NCBI GenBank assembly: GCA_944377465.1
Contig: CALWFA010000002.1
Coordinates: 1-63,755, forward strand
DNA: 63,755 nt
Source: an uncultured Clostridia bacterium
GTDB lineage: Bacteria > Bacillota > Clostridia > Christensenellales > UBA1242
Direction of reading: 5' to 3'
Below, one piece after another: positions 58,287-63,755 of the stretch. The notes beneath the pieces were generated by a model. The model saw nothing but the letters and a program-made list of their open reading frames with translations. It made no database searches and was not told the DNA's origin. Every line of letters starts with the position of its first letter. Position 1 is the first letter of the stretch. The translations under genes and the position numbers were made by a program.

Positions 58287-59834
58287 ATGGGACTTATAGG
58301 TAAAAGAACTAAACGAGTAGTCGCTACAGCTCTGGCTTCTACGACTTTGCTAGGCTTAGTTGGTTGCTCGACTGGTGGAGAGGATATCAAGAAAGATGAG
58401 AGTATTACACCTGACGCAAATTACTCTCAGATTTTGGACGAGCAACAGGCTCAGATTGATGAGCTTAAGGACATCATTGACCAAATGCGCGAAGAGTTAG
58501 ATGCGTCAAAAGGTCAGATAGAAGAATTGGCTGATGATTACAAGGAATTGAATAAAGTGTTGCTCACATATGTAGTATCTATTCAGGACAAATTGCCCGA
58601 TTTAGCTGAGCGTATAGAAGCTCTCGAAGATGCTGACAAAGATCAGTCAGAACAGATTGGAGCGATCAATGCGGATATTGCAGATATCAATGATCAAATA
58701 GCTAGTTTATCAGAACTAATGGAAGATATGTCAGATGCTCATTCTGTAGATAAGGCAGAGCTAGTAGCAAAGATCAGCGCATTAAAGAGCGTAGTAGACA
58801 AGCTTACTATTAGCATGAGTATTGTGAATACTTTTGCCACTCGCTACAATTCCATCAATATACATCAAAATGGGAATAATATCTCTATCTATACACACCA
58901 AAACGGCAGTTATATAGAGAGGACACCTGACTACACTAGTTATTATGACATGGATGCGGGAGTATGGTATAGGAGTGGTAGCGACATGATATATTCATCA
59001 CCTAGCAATATTCAGACATACTTTTCGTCTAGACTCAGCACTTTCGACACAGTGGAGCAGGAGGCTGGCTCGACATATGTGTTGTCATCTACCACTACAG
59101 ACAGTTCAGCCACGGTCTCAATCGATAGTGAAGGCATGTTATCTCATATTTCTTATACTAGAGATTTTGGATATGGAGAGGGTGATAATGTATCTATAGA
59201 TCTACGGGAGATAAGCGAGACGACATACGATGATGAGCTAGAATACACCACTAATGATATTCATACGATCTCGATATATGGCAATTATTTATCCGCTGTA
59301 GATGCTACTTGTGATGCAAATTATATCCAAGTAAATATGTCGAGTGGTACAGATGATCAGATATCTGGTCAGCTAGTCGTCAGCAAGACCAGTGGTGCTT
59401 TAGCTGATTCGGATTACAAAAATATCAACATATTAGAAAATGGCGAAGTGCATGGTCTTTCGGTAGAGGAAGATGGCTCAATCAGCACTCATACTCAGAC
59501 TGTAGGATACAATCTCATCGAATCGATGGTTTATTCGCTAAAGAAAGGATTTATTTCAGCATATTCTAATGTGGAGCTCAGCTTTAATCAAGAGAGTAAT
59601 AGTTTCATCATGACCGCTATTGAATCAAATCATGAATATACATTTAAGTTCGAACTAAACGAAGCTGGCGAGATAGCGAGATTCATACAGACATATATGA
59701 ATAATGGTCATACGAATGTGGTGACGAATGAATTTAACAAGATTGATAAATCTACATTTAATATGATCTGTGACGAGATCAAAGGAAAATTTGATGAGCT
59801 GATAGCAGGAGTCGAGACTACTCCTAATGTCTAA
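58287..59834 (+). CDS. lipoprotein with an N-terminal coiled coil and a C-terminal globular domain (515 aa)
   Basis: Lipobox LLGLVG-C. About 150 aa of heptad-like E/D/K/L/I-rich sequence is followed by an S/T/Y-rich domain. AAGGAGA SD. Confidence 0.8.
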   Translation: MGLIGKRTKRVVATALASTTLLGLVGCSTGGEDIKKDESITPDANYSQILDEQQAQIDELKDIIDQMREELDASKGQIEELADDYKELNKVLLTYVVSIQDKLPDLAERIEALEDADKDQSEQIGAINADIADINDQIASLSELMEDMSDAHSVDKAELVAKISALKSVVDKLTISMSIVNTFATRYNSINIHQNGNNISIYTHQNGSYIERTPDYTSYYDMDAGVWYRSGSDMIYSSPSNIQTYFSSRLSTFDTVEQEAGSTYVLSSTTTDSSATVSIDSEGMLSHISYTRDFGYGEGDNVSIDLREISETTYDDELEYTTNDIHTISIYGNYLSAVDATCDANYIQVNMSSGTDDQISGQLVVSKTSGALADSDYKNINILENGEVHGLSVEEDGSISTHTQTVGYNLIESMVYSLKKGFISAYSNVELSFNQESNSFIMTAIESNHEYTFKFELNEAGEIARFIQTYMNNGHTNVVTNEFNKIDKSTFNMICDEIKGKFDELIAGVETTPNV

Positions 59835-59839
59835 TAATG

Positions 59840-59861
59840 AGCGGGCAGATCCCGCTTTTTT
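59840..59861 (+). terminator. intrinsic terminator
   Basis: AGCGGG-N5-CCCGCT hairpin followed by T6. Confidence 0.8.
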
Positions 59862-59953
59862 ATTATATAATGAGATAGCATGCATGATTAGCTAATGCTG
59901 GCTTTATCTACAAATGCAGAATAATTTTTGTATGAGTAGGTGAATGCAACTAA

Positions 59954-59982
59954 TTGACTGAAACTATATTTTTTGATATCAT
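59954..59982 (+). promoter_or_regulatory. sigma-70-type promoter of the Smr-like gene (leaderless candidate)
   Basis: TTGACT (59954-59959), 17 nt, extended -10 TGaTATCAT (59974-59982), then cattac-ATG. There is no SD. Confidence 0.55.
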
Positions 59983-59988
59983 CATTAC

Positions 59989-60330
59989 ATGAAATTAATT
60001 ACCATTGATATAAAATCAAATCAGCAGACAGTGAGCGAAGCGATCGCTCAGTTTTTAGTCGAAGTGGATAGTTATAAAAGGGGTGGCTTCAAGGTGATGA
60101 AAGTCATTCACGGCTATGGCAGTCATGGCATAGGCGGAGCGATCAAAGTGGCATTCTTGAAGAAATGCGAGGAACTAAAGCGACGCGGGATAATAGAAAA
60201 TTATACTTGTTGTGACAAATGGACTGAAAAAAATATAGTGAGAAGGATAGCAGTAGAGTATTGCCCAGATCTGATCGCAGATCGTGAATTGTATTTACTA
60301 AATGCAGGGTGCAGTATAGTGATTTTATAA
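59989..60330 (+). CDS. stand-alone Smr-domain-like protein (113 aa)
   Basis: The pattern ITIDIKS..V.EAIAQF...V.........KVIHGYGSHGIGGAIKVAFLKK resembles the Smr/MutS2 C-terminal domain. Confidence 0.55.
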   Translation: MKLITIDIKSNQQTVSEAIAQFLVEVDSYKRGGFKVMKVIHGYGSHGIGGAIKVAFLKKCEELKRRGIIENYTCCDKWTEKNIVRRIAVEYCPDLIADRELYLLNAGCSIVIL

Positions 60331-60504
60331 AACTAAAAGTATGCTAAAATCATCTTATATAATTCATTTTTATAAGATAGTTGCACGATAAATTGATCGA
60401 TAAAATACTAAATACTTATAGAAAATGTCGTAAAAATTCTGAATGGCGTGCGAATTCGTTTTTATTTTAATTCATTTTGTGCAATAATATAAGTAGGGGA
60501 AAAT

Positions 60505-61653
60505 ATGAATAGACAGTTGGGGAAGATAGAGCGCAAGAAAAATGGTTCACATGTAGGTACATTCTTTTTTGGATCATTTATAGGCTTTTTAGTGGGAATA
60601 TTGCTGATAGCTGGCTTGTGTGCTTTCTTTTACTTCAATGTCTCTATTAATTGGATAAATAAGACTTTCAAGCAAGACATTGGGACAAACAATGAAGAAC
60701 TTGACAATCTTACTCTCAATGAATTTGTGCGTCATACTTATAATCTTGCAAATAACTTTGATAGTTACACTTTGAATAATTTGAAATCAGATTTTGGTAT
60801 CGATATTGGAGATGAGATAGCGGGGATAGATATATCGGATCTAAAATCTGTCCCATTTTCAGAGTTGCGTAGCGCAGTGGCAGACAAAATCTCAAATATC
60901 AGTGCGGAGGAATTAAAAGACACTCTTGATCCGACGCTTATGGAAGATGTGTTTGATAAGTCTATCACATATTATTATAGTGATAGCGATGGACAGCTAT
61001 ACAAGTCATTTTCTAATGAAAAATATTCGGATCCGGTCGGCTTCGACTATTCACTAGGAGATCAGCAAATAATAGTCAAAGGACACGCTTTCTATATCTA
61101 CGACAATATGGTGGATATCACTCTGAAATATTTACCTTTGACTAGCGTGATAGCAGATTATGACAAGACTATAGAGAAAATGCAATTAGCAGAGATATTC
61201 GGTTATGATATAGTAAATGGCACAGTCTTAGACAATGGCGTAGAAGTGCAAGGGATATTAGGAGCTATTGCAAAATACACTGTAGATGAATTTGTGAATG
61301 GGAATGTGATAGATAGATTAACTTTAGCTGAAGTATTTTACGATCAGATGGATAGTGGAGTACTGAGCCTCATAGATAACCCCAATAATATCGTACTAGA
61401 TCAGATCCCTAGCGCGATTAGTGACGCGTTGACGACCAGTACTATAGGTGAACTGATAGAGAAAGAGATAGTTTCTGCTCCGAGCAATTATGACGATGTT
61501 AAGGATAAATATATAAATGTGAATATTGGTACAGCACTGCAGGCGGAATACAAGCTCGTATCCGATTTACAATTTCAAGATATTATAAATGTTGCTTTTG
61601 CTCTATTAGAAGATGTAGATGGAGTGTTGCTCGACCAAATCCCTACTGAATAA
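60505..61653 (+). CDS. N-terminally anchored hypothetical protein (382 aa)
   Basis: SD AGGGGA. TM helix FFFGSFIGFLVGILLIAGLCAFFYF. An acidic ectodomain carries a recurring (L/I)T(L/I)xE(F/V/I)(F/V) motif. Confidence 0.65.
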   Translation: MNRQLGKIERKKNGSHVGTFFFGSFIGFLVGILLIAGLCAFFYFNVSINWINKTFKQDIGTNNEELDNLTLNEFVRHTYNLANNFDSYTLNNLKSDFGIDIGDEIAGIDISDLKSVPFSELRSAVADKISNISAEELKDTLDPTLMEDVFDKSITYYYSDSDGQLYKSFSNEKYSDPVGFDYSLGDQQIIVKGHAFYIYDNMVDITLKYLPLTSVIADYDKTIEKMQLAEIFGYDIVNGTVLDNGVEVQGILGAIAKYTVDEFVNGNVIDRLTLAEVFYDQMDSGVLSLIDNPNNIVLDQIPSAISDALTTSTIGELIEKEIVSAPSNYDDVKDKYINVNIGTALQAEYKLVSDLQFQDIINVAFALLEDVDGVLLDQIPTE

Positions 61654-61715
61654 AGTATAATAGCGATGTGGCAGTATACTTTTAGTTAAATAAATTCGTT
61701 CAAAACAAAAATCAT

Positions 61716-61744
61716 TTGACTATATCGACATATTTTGATATTAT
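61716..61744 (+). promoter_or_regulatory. sigma-70-type promoter
   Basis: TTGACT (61716-61721), 17 nt, extended -10 TGaTATTAT (61736-61744). Confidence 0.55.
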
Positions 61745-61769
61745 TAAAGTAATATAAGGGGGATATTTT

Positions 61770-62543
61770 ATGAGTGGTGTAAGAAAATCTTTCAAGTATT
61801 TTATTATCGCACTTTTATTGGTTCCGTGTGTGTTTATGCTCAGTGCATGTACAGATGACATAGAGCCATCAAACAGTCAGTGGAGAGCAATATTCAATGC
61901 AGATCTATCATCTGACACTGGTGCTACGAATGTGTTTTTAGGTAATACTACTTATGATGCAGACTCGGATATGATTTATCTAAATAGTGACGGCGATCAG
62001 ACTGGACCGCAAGTGATATTTGATAGTACTGACAATAATCTCGATTGGGACGAAGACGGTATGATCGTTTCGGCTAGATTAAATCTACTAGGTAGTGATT
62101 ATGCCACTGGCGACGGCTTTAATTATACGATTTCATTAAATGCCGTTAGTGAATATCAAGAGTATAATACAGAGCGTTCACTCTTCGTAAGGAAGTATGC
62201 AGAAGGATTGAAAGTAGGATACATAGCAGAAGGATCCAGCGAGGAAGCAAATGAGACAGCGACTAGTGACGACGGGGCAGTGACTTTAGAGGACGGCTGG
62301 TACACTATCCGTTTCCATTACTTTGAAAACGATTTAGAAGAAGTCAAAGTGAATATTAGTGTGATAAATAGTGATAATGTGACCGTATTTGAAGCTAAAG
62401 ATCAGACTTATAGCAATGCAGAAAATGCTATCTTAAAAGCTGATGAAGTTTTAGGTATTAGATCTCTTAGTTTCAGTTGGCTAAATATTAGCGCAGAGAA
62501 TTTACTAGCATGCTCAGCACTTTCAGTAGAAGTGAGCGACTAG
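61770..62543 (+). CDS. lipoprotein of unknown function (257 aa)
   Basis: Lipobox FMLSA-C after a hydrophobic signal. SD AAGGGGGA. Acidic mature part. Confidence 0.75.
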   Translation: MSGVRKSFKYFIIALLLVPCVFMLSACTDDIEPSNSQWRAIFNADLSSDTGATNVFLGNTTYDADSDMIYLNSDGDQTGPQVIFDSTDNNLDWDEDGMIVSARLNLLGSDYATGDGFNYTISLNAVSEYQEYNTERSLFVRKYAEGLKVGYIAEGSSEEANETATSDDGAVTLEDGWYTIRFHYFENDLEEVKVNISVINSDNVTVFEAKDQTYSNAENAILKADEVLGIRSLSFSWLNISAENLLACSALSVEVSD

Positions 62544-62555
62544 ATATAATAGTAG

Positions 62556-62590
62556 ATAAGCACTGGAGTAATTTCATGTGCTTATTTTTT
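62556..62590 (+). terminator. intrinsic terminator
   Basis: ATAAGCAC-N14-GTGCTTAT hairpin followed by T6. Confidence 0.65.
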
Positions 62591-62908
62591 ATCTAAAAAT
62601 GCGCTATAGGATCTTAGATTGGGTGCTTTACATTATCAAATTATCTTTTTGAGAGGGTGTTTTTGTCTACCAAAGAAGAGATTTCTGACAAATTTTCAGG
62701 TCGGGAAAGCAAAAATTTCATGTGCCAAATAAAAATTTTGACTGTTTTTAGAAAATTTTTTCTTATCAAAATCAGTAAAAGTAACCTAAAAAATGCCGAT
62801 TTAGGCTCTATTTTGGGTCAAAAAGGCGGGTAAAAGGGCAAAAAAGGCTTTCTAAGGGAAAAAATTTAAAAAAAGTTTAAAATTTTTTAAAAATTTTTCA
62901 AAAAACTG

Positions 62909-62937
62909 TTGACAAAGTTTTTATTATGTGGTATCTT
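62909..62937 (+). promoter_or_regulatory. rRNA operon promoter
   Basis: TTGACA (62909-62914), 17 nt, extended -10 TGgTATCTT (62929-62937), preceded by a long A/T-tract UP-like region. A ~340-nt structured leader follows, with a TTTGAAAACT boxA-like segment near 63247. Confidence 0.6.
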
Positions 62938-63277
62938 AATATTGCATTCAGCATGAGCAGGATGTCGAACGATAAGTTCGTTAGGACAATTTATATCTTA
63001 ATAAGTACAATGGTAAGATGTTTAGACAATAGTCGGAACAAGATTCGTAATGAATTATTCTTATCAATTCCAAGTTTTTTAGACAACGGAAATTAGCCAA
63101 GCGAATGAGCAAGGTTATTTTATAAAAAATGCTACTTTGTAGCAATTCGTTGATGCTTTATTCCCGAGTAATATTTATTCGGGGTCCCCATGAGCAGTTG
63201 CGAAATGGGGATAACAAAAAAATAGAGCATAAGTTGAAATTTGAAAACTTGTTTTCAAATGAAATAAAGCGAATATT

Positions 63278-63755
63278 TTTTTGTAGAGTTTGATCCTGGC
63301 TCAGGACAAACGCTGGCGGCGTGCTTTAGACATGCAAGTCGAACGGAGGTTAAGTGTTCCACTGAGTGTTCTACTATCATATGATAGTTCGCTTTCTTGT
63401 GATTAGTGATTTATTGATCGCAGGACTCGATTAGTGAGAATAGACGACACAGGTTGAATTAAAGCCTAGTGTAGAATGCTGAGTGGAATGCTTACCCTTA
63501 GTGGCGGACGGGTGAGTAACGCGTGAGTAATCTACCTCTGTCTGGGGGATAACAGTTGGAAACGACTGCTAATACCGCATAGGACCACAGATACATAAGT
63601 ATCCGGGGTGAAAGATTTATCGAATAGAGATGAGCTCGCGTAGCATTAGCTTGTTGGTGGGGTAACGGCCTACCAAGGCGATGATGCTTAGCCGATCTGA
63701 GAGGATGATCGGCCACACTGGAACTGAGATACGGTCCAGACTCCTACGGGAGGCA
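63278..63755 (+). rRNA. rrs: 16S ribosomal RNA, 5' partial (runs off the window end)
   Basis: AGAGTTTGATCCTGGCTCAG at 63285, GTCGAACGG, AGTGGCGGACGGGTGAGTAA, and ACTCCTACGGGAGGCA at the window end. The exact 5' end is approximate. Confidence 0.97.
63347..63499 (+). other. expanded V1 (helix 6) region of the 16S rRNA
   Basis: 153 nt lie between GTCGAACGG and AGTGGCGGACGG, versus roughly 30 nt in E. coli. The 21-nt arms 63354-63374 and 63471-63491 pair with 16 Watson-Crick pairs, 4 G-U pairs and 1 mismatch. Confidence 0.85.

Noticed and set aside
63498-63716. A 72-aa minus-strand ORF.
   Set aside because: It lies entirely inside the 16S rRNA gene.

Overview
This is an AT-rich bacterial chromosome segment that reads cleanly in the standard genetic code (TGA is used as a stop, and all long ORFs are intact). 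By gene content and the 16S signature it looks like a low-GC Bacillota, Clostridia-like lineage; I cannot place it more precisely without a database search. The backbone is housekeeping: hflX, rpoB-rpoC, uvrB, pepF, uvrA, groES-groEL, valS with a T-box leader, rsmA, sepF-lspA-rluD, tig-clpP-clpX, and the 5' ~480 nt of a 16S rRNA gene with its promoter and leader. Envelope and spore-associated families are present (DUF421/YetF plus DUF4363, a SpoVB/MOP-type flippase, LysM and SPOR proteins). Several lineage-specific surface proteins of unknown function are interspersed: a 3,598-aa N-terminally anchored giant protein (about 17% of the window), a 1,243-aa Ig-like-repeat protein, a 1,083-aa double-anchored protein with four CBM-like modules, two lipoproteins and further anchored proteins. 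I found no CRISPR array, transposase, integrase, phage module, tRNA or obvious pseudogene. Transcription signals are unusually easy to read: near-consensus TTGACA-17-(TGn)TATAAT promoters and hairpin plus U-tract terminators flank most units. The observations most worth a second look are the following. (1) The giant ORF and the non-canonical anchoring of all the large surface proteins. (2) A uORF-containing leader with mutually exclusive helices upstream of hflX. (3) At least four genes whose -10 box sits exactly 6 nt from the ATG with no SD, making them leaderless candidates. (4) A ~120-nt structured expansion in the V1 region of the 16S rRNA. (5) A 70-aa Cys/Gly-rich double-hydrophobic peptide. 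(6) A HicB-like gene paired with an unknown 175-aa gene. (7) Tandem membrane-anchored wHTH-like paralogs inside a pepF-uvrB operon. None of these is proven to be a new system. All functional calls rest on motif recognition by eye, without database searches.
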